Below are positions 39,378 through 50,703 of a stretch of 64,000 nucleotides of DNA, piece after piece. The notes under the pieces are model-generated. The model was given only the letters and a program-made list of their open reading frames with translations, was not told the DNA's origin and ran no database searches. How positions within the stretch are numbered: position 1 is the first letter of the stretch; each line of letters opens with the position of its first letter. This DNA is from an uncultured Solirubrobacterales bacterium (GTDB lineage: Bacteria > Actinomycetota > Thermoleophilia > Solirubrobacterales > Solirubrobacteraceae), in assembly GCA_963837385.1 (NCBI GenBank), contig CAWIMZ010000019.1:52180-116179 (forward strand), read 5' to 3'. The position numbers and the translations under genes are program-made.

Positions 39378-40407
39378 ATGACAGCCGCGCCCGTGTTCCT
39401 CTCGCATCCTTCTTCGCTCAGGCATGAGACGGGAGCGCATCCAGAGCAGCCCGCGCGAATCGTGGCCATCGAGCGTGAGCTGGAGCGGCAAGGCTGGCTC
39501 GGGTACGAGCGGGTCAGCTCCCCGGCGGCGGACCGCGCGCAGCTCGCTCGGGTCCATCCGCGAGTCCCACATCGCCTCGATCGAACGCATCGCCGCGCGC
39601 GGCGGGGGTTTCATCGATCTCGACACGGTCGCCAGCGAAGGCTCGTTCGAGGCCGCCCTGCACGCGGCGGGCGGCGCGGTCGCGCTGGTGGACATGCTGC
39701 TCGACCGTGACGCGCGCTGCGGCTTCAGCTCGCATCGTCCTCCGGGCCACCACGCCGAGGCACAGCAGGCGATGGGCTTCTGCCTGTTCAACAACATGGC
39801 GGTCGCGGTCCGCCACGCGCTCGATGCCCGGGGGCTCGAGCGCGTGATGATCCTCGACTGGGATGTCCACCACGGCAACGGCACCAACGACCTGTTCCAC
39901 GCCAGCGATCAGGCGCTGTTCGTCTCGATTCACGAGTCGCCTCTGTATCCCGGGACCGGGAGTGCGCAGGACGTCGGCGCAGGCCCAGGGAGGGGCTACA
40001 CGGTCAATCTCCCAGTTCCGCCAGGGTCAGGCGACGCGCTCTACTCCTCGCTTACAAGCCACGTCGTGGCCCCGCTGGCGCTCGCCTTCGAGCCCCAGCT
40101 GATTCTGATCTCGGCGGGATATGACGCCCACAGAGACGATCCACTTGCGAGCTGCAGCGTGACCGAGGCGGGCTTCGCGGCGATGACCGCCACGATGCGG
40201 CGCAGCTGCGCGGAGCTCGAGGTCCCACTCGGCTGCGTGCTCGAGGGCGGCTACGCGCTCGACGCGCTCGCGCGCTCGGTGGCCACCACGCTCGAGGTAC
40301 TGGCGGCGCCGGTGGGGGACGGTGAACCCTGGGACGATGTCGGCGTGGCGCCGCTCGCAGCGCAGGCGCTCAGCCGGCTGCGCGATTGGTGGCCTTCCTT
40401 GCGCTGA
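39378..40407 (+). CDS. Histone deacetylase family protein (frameshift near 39560)
   Basis: HPE.P.R, RPPGHHA, GFCLFNN, DWDVHHGNGT, SAGYDAH, LEGGY. Confidence 0.93.
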
Positions 40408-41323
40408 GGCGACGCCAGGCATTCACGACCGCCAGCGCCATGCGGTCGGTGGAGAATCGCTCCGCGCGGGCCCGCCCTTGCAGGCGCGGATCGGCGGCGT
40501 GCAGGTGCGGCGCGAGGGCAGTCCGCCACCGGCCGAGGTCGAATGGGCCGCAGTACGCGCCGGCGACGCCGGCCAGAGCCACCGGAGCGATGCCGACCGG
40601 CGTCGCGAGCACGGGGACGTCACAGGCAAGGGCCTCGAGCACGGCGAGTCCGAATCCCTCCCGCTCTGAGGGCACCAGCACGGCGTTCGCGGCATTGACC
40701 CACAGCGCCACTTCGCTCGGATCGACGTTCACCAGTGTCAGCAGCGGCGTCTCACCGGCGACCAGGCGCGCGAGGTCGTGCCGTTTCTCGGGCCGTCTCG
40801 GATCCGCGGGGAACAGCAGGTAGCGCCCATCGGCGCGCAGGCCGAGCGCCGCGCGCGCCTCGCTTCGCGGGATCGGCTGCAAGCGAGTCAGGTCGACGCC
40901 GCAAGGCAGTACGGCCACCTCGCCCCGAGCTGCCCATCGCGGAAGCTCGCGCGCGAGCGGATCGGAGACGGGGGCAACGAGATCGAGTAACGGCAGCGCC
41001 GCGAGGGTGATCGCGCGCGAACGCGGGTGCGCCAGGTCGGTGCCGTGCAGCGTCACCGCTCGCACCCGTCCGGGCGCCGCGAACGCCGGCCACGCCGTCA
41101 ACCCGAAGTGTGCGTGAACGACGTCGAATCGCTCATCGCGATACCGGCGGCGGATTGCGGACCCCGCCCGCCCGTAGTCGAGCGGTGACCCGGGATCGAA
41201 GGAGAACAGCTCGACGTCGAGGTCGGGAATCCGCCGCAGCGCCTGAACCTGGTCGCGGACGAACGCCCCGAGCGCAGGATGCCGGGGGCTCGGGTACATG
41301 TTGGTGACGATCAGCGCGCGCAC
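40370..41323 (-). CDS. Glycosyltransferase family 4
   Basis: NMYP, VHAHF, TLHGTD, REGFGLAVLEALAC. Confidence 0.92.
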   Translation of the reverse strand: MRALIVTNMYPSPRHPALGAFVRDQVQALRRIPDLDVELFSFDPGSPLDYGRAGSAIRRRYRDERFDVVHAHFGLTAWPAFAAPGRVRAVTLHGTDLAHPRSRAITLAALPLLDLVAPVSDPLARELPRWAARGEVAVLPCGVDLTRLQPIPRSEARAALGLRADGRYLLFPADPRRPEKRHDLARLVAGETPLLTLVNVDPSEVALWVNAANAVLVPSEREGFGLAVLEALACDVPVLATPVGIAPVALAGVAGAYCGPFDLGRWRTALAPHLHAADPRLQGRARAERFSTDRMALAVVNAWRRLSARKATNRAAG

Positions 41324-41380
41324 CGCGCGGCGAGCGTACCCGCCGGGAGTTGAGATCGCTCGGCCGGGGCCTCTGGCACC

Positions 41381-42229
41381 ATGGCCGAGATGTCCAGGCT
41401 TCTCGATCAGCCCGTTGCCGTGTTCGACTCAGGTGTCGGCGGCCTGACCGTCTTGCACGAGCTGCTCGTCTCGCTGCCGACCGAGGACTACGTCTACCTG
41501 GGCGACACGGCGCGCTTCCCGTACGGCGATCGCACCCAGGAGGAGCTCAGGGCGTTCTCGATCGAGATCGCCGAGCACCTGCTCTCCGAGGGCGCGAAGT
41601 TGCTGGTCGTCGCCTGCAACGCGGCCAGCTCGGCAGCGCTGACGACGGTCGAGCGCTACGTCGGGCGCACCGGCCGAGGGGTCGATGTGATCGGCGTCGT
41701 CGCCCCGGCGACGCAGCTCGCCGTTGCCGGCAGCCGAACCGGTCGGATCGGGCTGCTGGCGACGCCGGCGACGGTCGCGAGCGAAGCCTACGAGCGGGCG
41801 GTCCGCGCTGCCGATCCGCATGTTCATCTCGAGAGCGTGGCGTGTCCCGATCTGGCACCGATCATCCAGGGAGGCTTCCCGTTCGACGAACAGGTTGTCG
41901 ATACGGTGCGCGAGTACTGCGCCCCGCTGAGGATGGCGCAGGTCGACACGGTGATCCTCGGCTGCACCCACTATCCGCTGATCGCACCGATGCTGCAGCG
42001 CACGCTCGGGCGCGGCGTCACGCTCGTCAGCTCGGGCACCGGTGTCGCCCGCAGCGTCGAGCGCGCGCTGGCCTCCCGCGGTCTGCTCAATCTCCGCCAA
42101 GAAGAGGGCACCTACCGGTTTGAGTGCACCGGCGAGGTCGAGTCGTTCAAATTGCTGGGCACGCGCTTCCTGCAGATGCCGCTGGGTGAGCTCGCCCACG
42201 TGGAGCTGCAAGCTAAGGTGAGCGCATGA
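41381..42229 (+). CDS. murI: Glutamate racemase
   Basis: FDSGVGGLTV, PYG, ACNA, LGCTHYP. Confidence 0.97.
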   Translation: MAEMSRLLDQPVAVFDSGVGGLTVLHELLVSLPTEDYVYLGDTARFPYGDRTQEELRAFSIEIAEHLLSEGAKLLVVACNAASSAALTTVERYVGRTGRGVDVIGVVAPATQLAVAGSRTGRIGLLATPATVASEAYERAVRAADPHVHLESVACPDLAPIIQGGFPFDEQVVDTVREYCAPLRMAQVDTVILGCTHYPLIAPMLQRTLGRGVTLVSSGTGVARSVERALASRGLLNLRQEEGTYRFECTGEVESFKLLGTRFLQMPLGELAHVELQAKVSA

Positions 42230-42963
42230 TCGCTCCCGAACGCAGCTACGCTCGCAGCCCGGACGAGCTTCGGCCGACGAGCATCGAGCCCGGTTTTGTC
42301 CGCACCGCGACCGGATCGGCGCTGATCTCGATGGGGGAAACCCGGGTCATCTGCACGGCATCCGTTCAGGAGAGCGTGCCGCGCTTCCTGCTGGGATCCG
42401 GGCGCGGGTGGGTGACGGCGGAGTACGGGATGCTCCCGGCGTCCACCGGCGAGCGAAAGCAGCGCGACGTCAACAAGGGCCGGCCGGACGGTCGCACCGT
42501 GGAGATTCAGCGGCTGATCGGCCGCTCGCTCCGGGGGGCGGTCGACTTCTACGCGCTTGGTGAGCGCACGATCTATATCGACTGCGACGTGCTGCAGGCC
42601 GACGGGGGCACGCGGTGCGCCTCGATCACCGGCGGATTTGTCGCGATGGCACTTGCCTGTGAGCGACTCCGGGCCGACCGTCTGCTGGAGCGCTCGCCGC
42701 TGATCGGCTCGGTCGCCGCAATCTCCTGCGGGGTCGTCGGCGGTGTGCCGCTGCTCGATCTCGACTACTCCGAGGACTCGGCTGCCGAGGTGGACGCGAA
42801 CGTGGTGATGACTGGGGAGGGCGGGCTGGTGGAGGTGCAGGCGACCGCCGAGCGCACGCCGCTCTCCCGTGCTCATCTCGACGACCTTCTGGCACTCGCC
42901 GCGGCGGGCATCGAGGGCTTGCGCGCGATTCAGGACGAGGCCGTCACCGCGACCGCCGCCTGA
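42226..42963 (+). CDS. rph: Ribonuclease PH
   Basis: GWVTAEYGMLP, GRTVEIQRLIGRSLR, ADGGTRCA, DLDYSED. Confidence 0.97.
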   Translation: MIAPERSYARSPDELRPTSIEPGFVRTATGSALISMGETRVICTASVQESVPRFLLGSGRGWVTAEYGMLPASTGERKQRDVNKGRPDGRTVEIQRLIGRSLRGAVDFYALGERTIYIDCDVLQADGGTRCASITGGFVAMALACERLRADRLLERSPLIGSVAAISCGVVGGVPLLDLDYSEDSAAEVDANVVMTGEGGLVEVQATAERTPLSRAHLDDLLALAAAGIEGLRAIQDEAVTATAA

Positions 42964-42969
42964 GGAGCG

Positions 42970-43563
42970 ATGGACGATCGCCCGTCGCTCGTGCTGGCGA
43001 CTCGTAATCCGCACAAGGTGGCGGAGTTCCGCCGTCTCCTGGAGCCGCTGGGGATTGCGATCGAGCCGCTCCGGGACGGCATCGAACTCCCCCCCGAGGA
43101 CGGCGACACGTTCGCCGAGAACGCCATGCCGAAGGCGCTCGCCGCCGCCGGCTCAACGGGCCGCCCGGCGATCGCCGACGACTCGGGGATCGAGGCGGAG
43201 GCGCTCGGAGGGGCTCCGGGAGTCCGCTCCGCTCGCTTCGCCGGGCCGGGGGCGAGCGACGAGGAGAACCTTCGCAAGCTCGTGCGCGAGGTCCCGGCCG
43301 GCAGCGGCCTTCGCTACGTGTGCGCGCTGGCGTACGCGGATCCCACCGGCCCTCGGGAGCAGTTGTTCTTCGGGGACTGCCGGGGGCGCCTCGCGGAGCA
43401 TCGGCGCGGCGCCAGGGGCTTCGGCTACGACCCGGTGTTCTTGCCCGACGAGGACGTTCGGCACCGAACCATGGCCGAGCTCTCAGACCCCGAGAAGGAC
43501 GCGATCAGCCATCGCGGCCACGCGACGCGGGCGCTCGCCGACTGGCTTGGGCGTCGGCCGTGA
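42970..43563 (+). CDS. rdgB: Non-canonical purine NTP pyrophosphatase
   Basis: ATRNPHK, ADDSG, PGVRSAR, FGYDPVF, ISHRG. Confidence 0.96.
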   Translation: MDDRPSLVLATRNPHKVAEFRRLLEPLGIAIEPLRDGIELPPEDGDTFAENAMPKALAAAGSTGRPAIADDSGIEAEALGGAPGVRSARFAGPGASDEENLRKLVREVPAGSGLRYVCALAYADPTGPREQLFFGDCRGRLAEHRRGARGFGYDPVFLPDEDVRHRTMAELSDPEKDAISHRGHATRALADWLGRRP

Positions 43564-43580
43564 GCGGTCTCGAGCGGTCG

Positions 43581-43721
43581 CTACTTCAGGTTGATTGCGG
43601 CCGATACGGCCACCGCGAACGTGACCCCGGCGTAGCCGAGGTAGCCCTGCAGTACGAGGATCAGGACGGCGATCAGGCAGGCGAGTACGGTCGCGAGCCA
43701 CGCCACTCGAGCGAGGTCCAC
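43581..43721 (-). CDS. 46-aa two-helix membrane microprotein (absent from the ORF track)
   Basis: GTG start; MDLARVAWLATVLACLIAVLILVLQGYLGYAGVTFAVAVSAAINLK*; GC3-biased codons. Confidence 0.7.
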   Translation of the reverse strand: MDLARVAWLATVLACLIAVLILVLQGYLGYAGVTFAVAVSAAINLK

Positions 43722-43926
43722 TGGGCTATTCTCGCGTCAAGGGAGGATCCTGGAGGTGCGCGCCCTCCGCGATCGGGCTCTCAGGTGACGATCTCGATCA
43801 GGTTTGTGGCTGCGGATTTGCCCAAATTGCGGAGATTCAGCCGCCAGGACACGGGAGACGCCTTCACGGATCGTCCGTTCGCAGTGTTAGCTTCGACCAT
43901 TACCACCACCTCGAAGGAGGGAGCAA

Positions 43927-44199
43927 GTGACGAAGAATGAGTTCGTCGACCAGGTCGCAGATCGGGCCGGGTTGAGCAAGAAGGACGCCGGAGACGCTGT
44001 GGACGCCGTCCTGGAGACGATCGAGGCCGCGCTCAAGCGCGGCAGCGATATCTCCTTCTCCGGGTTCGGAAAGTTCAGCGTGTCTGACCGCAATGCTCGC
44101 GAAGGGCGCAATCCCGCGACGGGCGAGACGATTCAGATTGCGGCCTCGCGGGTGCCCAAGTTCACGGCCGGCGCGGCGCTCAAGAAGGCAGTCAACTAG
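43927..44199 (+). CDS. hup: HU DNA-binding protein
   Basis: MTKNEF, GFGKF, REGRNPATGE, PKFTAG; SD AAGGAGG. Confidence 0.97.
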   Translation: MTKNEFVDQVADRAGLSKKDAGDAVDAVLETIEAALKRGSDISFSGFGKFSVSDRNAREGRNPATGETIQIAASRVPKFTAGAALKKAVN

Positions 44200-44234
44200 C
44201 CCTGCGCCCGGCGTTTGCAGAGGAGGTCGCCGGC

Positions 44235-45176
44235 GTGCCCGGGGAGCGAACTGGCGGTGGCTTCGGCGACCGGCTGACGAATCTGGTCGCCGCGCGCCGC
44301 TCGCAGCTCGTCCTGGGCCTCGATCCCGACCCTTCCCGCCTTTGGCCACGCGCGGTCGAGCTCGCGGGCGGGGCCGGGAGACCGCCCGCTGCGCGAGCCG
44401 CGCTCGCGGTGGAGGCCCACTGCACGCTCGCCATCGAGGCCGTCGCTGAGCACTGCTTGGGAGTCAAGTTGCAGGCCGCGTGCTTCGAGCGCCTGGGAGC
44501 GCCCGGGTGGGCGGCGATGGGCGAGGTCGCCGAGCGCGCCCGCGACCACGGGCTACTAGTGATCGCGGACGCCAAGCGCGGCGACATCGACGTCTCGGCA
44601 GCCGCTTACGCCCAGGCGTTCTTGAGCGAGACGGCAACCGTGTACGGCCCGGTCGCCGGGCTCCGAGCGGACGCGCTGACCGTCAACCCCTTGCTGGGGA
44701 CTGATTCACTGCAGCCGTTCGTCGACGCCGCGCGCGAAGTGGACGGGGGCCTGTTCGTGCTGGTCCGCACTTCGAACCCAGGGGCCGCGGACCTGCAGGA
44801 GCTGATCCTCGCGGACGGTGGATCGGTCAGCGAGCGGCTGGCGTCGATCGTGGCCGCGCTCGGCGCCGCGGCGGTCGGGTCGGCCGGGCTCAGCGATGTC
44901 GGAGCGGTCGTGGGTGCCACTGCGCCCGAGCGGTTGCAGGCGCTGCGAGAGCTGATGCCGCACGCGGTCTTCCTAATGCCCGGCGTGGGCGCGCAAGGAG
45001 GCCGAGTCGAGGATCTCGCCGCCGCGTTCGAGCCGGGCCCCGCGGGCGGGCTGATCTCGGCCTCGCGTGGGATCGTGGGGGCTCAGGAGCGCAGCGGAGG
45101 CGATCCCGCGCAGGCGGCCCGTCGGGAGGCGGAGCGCGTGCGTGAGCTCGCCTGGACGCTCGCCGCCGGCGGATGA
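44235..45176 (+). CDS. pyrF: Orotidine-5'-phosphate decarboxylase
   Basis: LGLDP, DAKRGDI, VRTSNP, VVGAT, PGVGAQG, SRGI. Confidence 0.95.
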   Translation: MPGERTGGGFGDRLTNLVAARRSQLVLGLDPDPSRLWPRAVELAGGAGRPPAARAALAVEAHCTLAIEAVAEHCLGVKLQAACFERLGAPGWAAMGEVAERARDHGLLVIADAKRGDIDVSAAAYAQAFLSETATVYGPVAGLRADALTVNPLLGTDSLQPFVDAAREVDGGLFVLVRTSNPGAADLQELILADGGSVSERLASIVAALGAAAVGSAGLSDVGAVVGATAPERLQALRELMPHAVFLMPGVGAQGGRVEDLAAAFEPGPAGGLISASRGIVGAQERSGGDPAQAARREAERVRELAWTLAAGG

Positions 45177-45215
45177 CCGGAGGGCCCGGTTGACCGAGCA
45201 GCTCGATTCACTTGT

Positions 45216-45536
45216 ATGATCGGCGGCGCGATGCGTGGTCGGAATCCCGCGCGCTTCCTGGCGCCGATCGCACTTGCGGCGACGATCGGTGGGACATACC
45301 TGATCGTCAACTCCCGGCTGAGCGCTAAGCCCGCGGCGCCCCATCACGCGCCCGTCCACCGAGACGGCCCCCGCGGAAAGTTCGCCAAGACGCGGTTCTA
45401 CACGGTCGGGCCGGGCGACAACCTCTCGGGGATCTCCGTCACGACGGGCGTTCCGGTGCCGACGCTCGAGGCGCTCAACCCTTCGGTGGACCCGAACGCC
45501 CTCCAGGCTGGACAGCGGTTGAGGCTGAAACGGTGA
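45216..45536 (+). CDS. Membrane-anchored LysM protein
   Basis: N-terminal TM; YTVGPGDNLSGI...LNP...LQAGQRL. Confidence 0.9.
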   Translation: MIGGAMRGRNPARFLAPIALAATIGGTYLIVNSRLSAKPAAPHHAPVHRDGPRGKFAKTRFYTVGPGDNLSGISVTTGVPVPTLEALNPSVDPNALQAGQRLRLKR

Positions 45537-46771
45537 GGCATCGACGTCGCCGCTGCCTGCCGGCGGCGATCTGCGCTGCCCTCCTCCTAGGGATCGCCGC
45601 TCCGGCCATCGCTCGAGGCGTACCGGCGTTGAGCGTGCGCGCGGCAGCGCTGATCGACGAGCGCACGGGCCAGCCGCTGTACCTCTACGCCGCCGGCAGG
45701 GAGCTGGCGATCGCGAGCACCACGAAGCTGATGACCGCGCTGCTGACGCTCGAGCACGTGCACCGGCTCAGCACGATCTACACCCAGAACGGCTACTACC
45801 CGGCCGCCGCGGACTCCCAGATCGGGCTCGTACCGGGTGAGCGGATGAGCGTTCACGACTTGCTGCTCGCGCTGCTGCTGCCAAGCGCCGACGACGCGGC
45901 CGAAGACCTCGCCTCCAACGTCGGTCACGGGTCAGTCGGCCGCTTCATCGACATGATGAATGCTCGCGCGAGGGAGCTCGGCCTGTCCCACACGCACTAC
46001 TCGACGCCGAGCGGGCTGGACACGCCCGGCAACTACTCGAGCGCCTCGGATCTCGTCGAGCTGGCTCGCTACGTGCTGGTCCACGAGCCCTTCCTTGCCC
46101 GCGCGGTCGCCCTCCCGAGCGCGACGCTGCTGACCGGCAGACACGCGCGGCACATCACCAATCGCAACACCCTGGTCGGGCACGTTCCGTGGATCAACGG
46201 CGTCAAGACCGGCCATACGCTCGATGCCGGCTACGTGCTCGTGGGATCCGGCACTCGCGACGGACTGACGCTGATCAGCGCCGTGCTCGGAACCTCCAGC
46301 GAAGCGACCCGGGACTCCAACACGCTTGCGCTGCTCGACTACGGATTCGCGAACTTCCAGCTCGTGCATCCGGTTCACGCTCGGGAGGTCCTCGCGCGAC
46401 CCTCGGTTCGCGACCAGCCGGGCCGGCACGCGATCGTGATCGCAGCGCATGACTTCACGGCGTTGCTGGCCCGGAACGCTCGCGTGGCGATCCAGGTGGA
46501 TGTTCCGGATCAGCTCGCCGGCCCGCTGAGGCGCCGGACGGTCGTCGGCACGGCGCTCGTGCGCGCCGACGGGCGCACGCTCACACGGATTCCGCTGCTG
46601 CTCGCGCAGGCGCTGCCCGCCGTGAGCTCGCTGACCCTCGCGGCCCGCTTCATCACGCGACCGTTTACGCTTGTGCCGCTGGTCTTGCTGCTCGTCGCAG
46701 CCGCCGCGCTCACGGTGCGCCACCGGGTGCGTACGAGGGCAAGTCAAGCGGCCGGTCGGGAACCAGCATGA
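45533..46771 (+). CDS. D-alanyl-D-alanine carboxypeptidase (peptidase S11)
   Basis: ASTTK (SxxK), SAD (SxN variant), KTG; C-terminal TM. Confidence 0.92.
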   Translation: MRHRRRRCLPAAICAALLLGIAAPAIARGVPALSVRAAALIDERTGQPLYLYAAGRELAIASTTKLMTALLTLEHVHRLSTIYTQNGYYPAAADSQIGLVPGERMSVHDLLLALLLPSADDAAEDLASNVGHGSVGRFIDMMNARARELGLSHTHYSTPSGLDTPGNYSSASDLVELARYVLVHEPFLARAVALPSATLLTGRHARHITNRNTLVGHVPWINGVKTGHTLDAGYVLVGSGTRDGLTLISAVLGTSSEATRDSNTLALLDYGFANFQLVHPVHAREVLARPSVRDQPGRHAIVIAAHDFTALLARNARVAIQVDVPDQLAGPLRRRTVVGTALVRADGRTLTRIPLLLAQALPAVSSLTLAARFITRPFTLVPLVLLLVAAAALTVRHRVRTRASQAAGREPA

Positions 46772-47728
46772 TCATTACCGTCACGCTCAACGCAGCGCTC
46801 GACAAGACACTCGAGGTGCCGAACTTCACTCCCGGCCGCAGGCACCGGACCGTCGACCAGACGACGATGCCGGGAGGTAAGGGCGTCAACATCGCACGCG
46901 CGATCAAGCGACTCGGGCAGCCGGTGATCGCCACCGGTCTTGCCGGCGGGGGGACCGGGACGAGGATCGTCGAGGCGCTGACCGACGAGTCGATCCTCAA
47001 CAGCGTTCGTGCGGATCAGGGAGGAATCGCGAACGAACACCGCCGTGCTCGATCCCACCAACGGCCAGCACACGGAGATCAACGAGCGCGGACCGCTGGT
47101 CTCCTCCCAGGAGCTCGAGCTGTTCCGCGACAAGCTCCTGTACCTGGCGAAAGGGGCGAGCATCTGCGTGTTCGCCGGCAGCCTGCCACGCGGTGTGGAG
47201 CCCGACGTGTATGCGGGCCTGATCCGCGACGTCAAGAAGCTCGGCGTCACGACGATCGTCGACACCGACGGCGAGCCGCTGCGGTTGGCGGTGCGCGCCG
47301 AGCCGCACCTGGTGTCCCCGAACGAGCTCGAGGCCGAGGAGCTCGTCGGACACGAATTCAACGACACCGACGACCGCGCCCATGCCGTCGCCGAGATGAG
47401 CCGGTTGGGAGCCTGCGAAGCGATCATGACCGTCGCCGACGGCTGCTATGCCCAGGTGCTCGACGAGTCATCCCCGGAGCTCTACCGAGTGACGGTCGAG
47501 GAGCAGGAGGCGCGCTCGGCCGTCGGATCCGGCGACGCCTTTCTCGCCGGCTACGTCGCCGCGCGGTACGCCGGCCGTTCGCCGGTCGATTGCCTGCGTG
47601 TCGGCGTCGCCTGCGGGGCCGAGTCGACGCACCACTTCGGGGCCGGGATCATCGATCCTCCGAAGGTCGAGAAGCTGCTCGCCGAAGTGGAGGCCGAGCG
47701 CCTTCAGATCGGGGCCGAGATCAGGTAG
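46768..47728 (+). CDS. 1-phosphofructokinase family (PfkB) hexose kinase (frameshift near 47005)
   Basis: TVTLNAALD, GGKGVNIA, PNELE, VGSGDAFLAG. Confidence 0.92.
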
Positions 47729-47831
47729 ATGCGAGCCGGGGCCCCGTGCGGCGCTGCTAGCATCGACCCATGGTCGCCGCCCCGCTGTCTCGCGCGCAGA
47801 TGTCGTCCGCAGCGCGTTCTATGTTGCCGCA

Positions 47832-49034
47832 ATGGAAGTAGAAATCGGGCGCGGCAAGAAGGCCCGCAGGGCGTATGGCTTCGACGAGATCGCGATCGTC
47901 CCGTCGCGCCGGACCCGGGATCCCGACGACATCGACATCACCTGGACGCTTGGGCCCTACCGGTTTGAGGTTCCCCTTCTGGCGGCGGCGCTCGACGGTG
48001 TCGTCTCGCCGGAGACCGCGGGGACAATCGGCAAGCTCGGCGGGCTCGCGGTGCTCAACTTGGAGGGCATCTTCTGTCGCTACGAGGATGCCGAGGGCCA
48101 GCTCGAGCGGATCTCCACCTTCTCGCGCGACATCGCCACCCGCGAGATGCAGGACATCTACTCGGAGCCGATCAAGCCCGAGCTGATCGCCGAGCGGATC
48201 AAGGAGATCAAGGCGCAGGGCGTCGTCGCCGCCGCGTCGCTCACTCCTCAGAAAGTGCGCAGGTACTACGAGGTAGCACTCGAGGCCGGCCTTGACATCC
48301 TCGTGATCCAGGGCACGGTCGTCTCGGCCGAGCACGTCTCCCGGGACGAGACCCGCCCGCCACTCAACCTCAAGGAATTCATCCGCGAGCTTGCGCCCAC
48401 GCCGGTGGTCGTCGGGGGCTGCGCGTCCTATCACACCGGGCTGCACCTGATGCGGACCGGCGCCGCCGGAGTGCTGGTCGGAGTCGGCCCCGGGGCGATC
48501 TGCACGACCCGCGGCGTGCTCGGGATCGGCGTCCCGCAGGCGACCGCGATCGCGGACGTGGCAGCGGCGCGCTCGCAGCACATGCTCGAGACCGGCGACT
48601 ACGTCAAGGTGATCGCCGACGGCGGGATGCGCAACGGCGGCGACATCGCCAAGGCGATCGCCTGCGGTGCGGATGCCGTGATGCTCGGTTCCGCCTTGGC
48701 CCGCTCCTACGAGGCGCCTGGTCACGGCTACAACTGGGGAATGGCCACCTTCCATCCGACGCTGCCTCGCGGGACTCGGGTGCTCACGACCCAGAACGGG
48801 ACGCTCGAGGAGATCATCAGGGGTCCGGCGCGCGAGAACGACGGCACGTTCAATTTGATGGGCGGCCTGCGGACTTCGATGGCGACCTGCGGCTACCGCG
48901 ACATCGCCGAATTCAACCGCGCGGAATTGATGGTCGCTCCCGCCCTGCAGACGGAGGGGAAGCATCTCCAGCGCGAGCAGGGAGTGGGGATGGGGGCAGC
49001 CGGCGTCGCCGCGACGGTCGGTGTCGCCGACTAA
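47832..49034 (+). CDS. guaB3: GuaB3-family IMP dehydrogenase-related protein
   Basis: [47 protein letters not shown]. Confidence 0.93.
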   Translation: MEVEIGRGKKARRAYGFDEIAIVPSRRTRDPDDIDITWTLGPYRFEVPLLAAALDGVVSPETAGTIGKLGGLAVLNLEGIFCRYEDAEGQLERISTFSRDIATREMQDIYSEPIKPELIAERIKEIKAQGVVAAASLTPQKVRRYYEVALEAGLDILVIQGTVVSAEHVSRDETRPPLNLKEFIRELAPTPVVVGGCASYHTGLHLMRTGAAGVLVGVGPGAICTTRGVLGIGVPQATAIADVAAARSQHMLETGDYVKVIADGGMRNGGDIAKAIACGADAVMLGSALARSYEAPGHGYNWGMATFHPTLPRGTRVLTTQNGTLEEIIRGPARENDGTFNLMGGLRTSMATCGYRDIAEFNRAELMVAPALQTEGKHLQREQGVGMGAAGVAATVGVAD

Positions 49035-49063
49035 GCTGGCCGCGGCCCACGCGGCCGACCCGA

Positions 49064-50647
49064 TTGCCGCCGCGCCTGTGCCGGGGCGACGCAGTGCCGC
49101 CGCGCTCGGCGGCGACCGAAGAGGTCGTCGTGCTCGACTACGGCGGCCAGTACTCGCAGCTGATCGCCCGGCGGGTGCGCGAATGCGGCGTCTTCTCAGA
49201 GTTGCTGCCCCACCACGTGGGCCCCAAGGAGGTGGCTCGGCGGCGGCCAAAGGGCGTGATCCTGTCCGGCGGCCCTGCCTCCGTCTACGAAGATGGGGCA
49301 CCATCGCTGGACCCAGAGCTGCTCGAGCTGGGAATTCCCGTGCTCGGCATCTGCTACGGGATGCAGCTGATCGCGCGCGAGCTCGGGGGCCGTGTGGAGG
49401 GCGCCGAAGTCGGCGAGTTCGGGCGCTCCCAGCTGACCGTGCGCCACGCCGGGCGGCTGCTGGCGGGAACTCCCGAGGAGCAGACCTGCTGGATGTCGCA
49501 CCGCGACACCGTCTTCTCGCCGCCGCCCGGATTCACCGCGCTCGCGGCCTCGACCGCGTCGCCCGTGGCCGCTTTCGAGTCGACCGAGCAGGCGGTTTAC
49601 GGGATCCAGTTCCACCCGGAGGTTGTCCACACACCTTACGGCCAGCGGGTGCTGACGAACTTCCTCACCGACGTTTGCGGTTGTGAGCTCTCCTGGAGCC
49701 CGAGCTCGGTGATCGACGAGCAGATCCAGCGTATCCGCGCTCAAGTGGGAGCGGGCCGGGCGATCTGCGGACTCTCCGGAGGCGTGGACTCGAGCGTCGC
49801 CGCGCTGCTCGTGCATCGCGCGATCGGCGATCGGCTCACGTGTGTGTTCGTCGACCACGGTCTGATGCGTAAGAACGAGGGCGCGCAGGTGATCGCCGCG
49901 TTCCGCGACCACTTCCACGTGCCGCTGGTGGCGGTCGACGCGGCCGATCGCTTCCTGGCGCGGCTGCAGGGCGTCAGCGATCCCGAGGAGAAGCGAACGC
50001 GGATCGGCGCCGAGTTCATTCGCGTGTTCGAAGAGGAGGCCGAGAAGCTCGACGATGTCAGCTTTCTCGTGCAGGGCACGCTCTACTCCGACGTGATCGA
50101 GTCCGGCGGCGGCACCGGCGCCGCGACGATCAAATCCCACCACAACGTCGGGGGACTGCCCGAGGACCTCCAGTTCGACCTGGTCGAGCCCCTGCGGTCG
50201 CTGTTCAAGGACGAAGTGCGGGCGGTCGGGGCGGAACTTGGCCTGCCCGAGCGGCTCGTCTGGCGCCAGCCGTTCCCAGGGCCGGGTCTCGCGATCCGGA
50301 TCGTCGGCGGGGAGGCGACCCGCGAGCGCCTCGAGATCCTGCGCGAAGCCGACGCGATCCTCCAGGACGAGATCCGCAAGGCCGGCCTGTACCGCGAGCT
50401 GTGGCAGTCGTTCTGCGTGCTCCCCGATATCCGCACCGTTGGGGTCCAGGGGGACTCCCGCACGTACGGAAACGTGATCGTGATCCGGGCCGTGACCAGC
50501 GACGACGCGATGACCGCCGACTGGGCGCGGCTGCCCTATGACCTGCTCGAGCAGATCGCCTCGCGGATGATCAACGAGATCCGTCCCGTCGGCAGGGTGG
50601 TGCTCGACATCACGAGCAAGCCACCGGGGACGATCGAGTGGGAATAG
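49064..50647 (+). CDS. guaA: GMP synthase (glutamine-hydrolysing); start uncertain
   Basis: [42 protein letters not shown]. Confidence 0.97.
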   Translation: MPPRLCRGDAVPPRSAATEEVVVLDYGGQYSQLIARRVRECGVFSELLPHHVGPKEVARRRPKGVILSGGPASVYEDGAPSLDPELLELGIPVLGICYGMQLIARELGGRVEGAEVGEFGRSQLTVRHAGRLLAGTPEEQTCWMSHRDTVFSPPPGFTALAASTASPVAAFESTEQAVYGIQFHPEVVHTPYGQRVLTNFLTDVCGCELSWSPSSVIDEQIQRIRAQVGAGRAICGLSGGVDSSVAALLVHRAIGDRLTCVFVDHGLMRKNEGAQVIAAFRDHFHVPLVAVDAADRFLARLQGVSDPEEKRTRIGAEFIRVFEEEAEKLDDVSFLVQGTLYSDVIESGGGTGAATIKSHHNVGGLPEDLQFDLVEPLRSLFKDEVRAVGAELGLPERLVWRQPFPGPGLAIRIVGGEATRERLEILREADAILQDEIRKAGLYRELWQSFCVLPDIRTVGVQGDSRTYGNVIVIRAVTSDDAMTADWARLPYDLLEQIASRMINEIRPVGRVVLDITSKPPGTIEWE

Positions 50648-50703
50648 GTGGACGCCGGCGGCGCTAGCGGGCGCCGAAACAGGTGGGTGCCGGCGGCGTC
50701 ACA

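Noticed and set aside
43730-43870. Glycine riboswitch suggested by 'ctctcagg'
   Set aside because: The upstream GGAGA...CCGAAG core is missing and the flanking genes are unrelated to glycine metabolism
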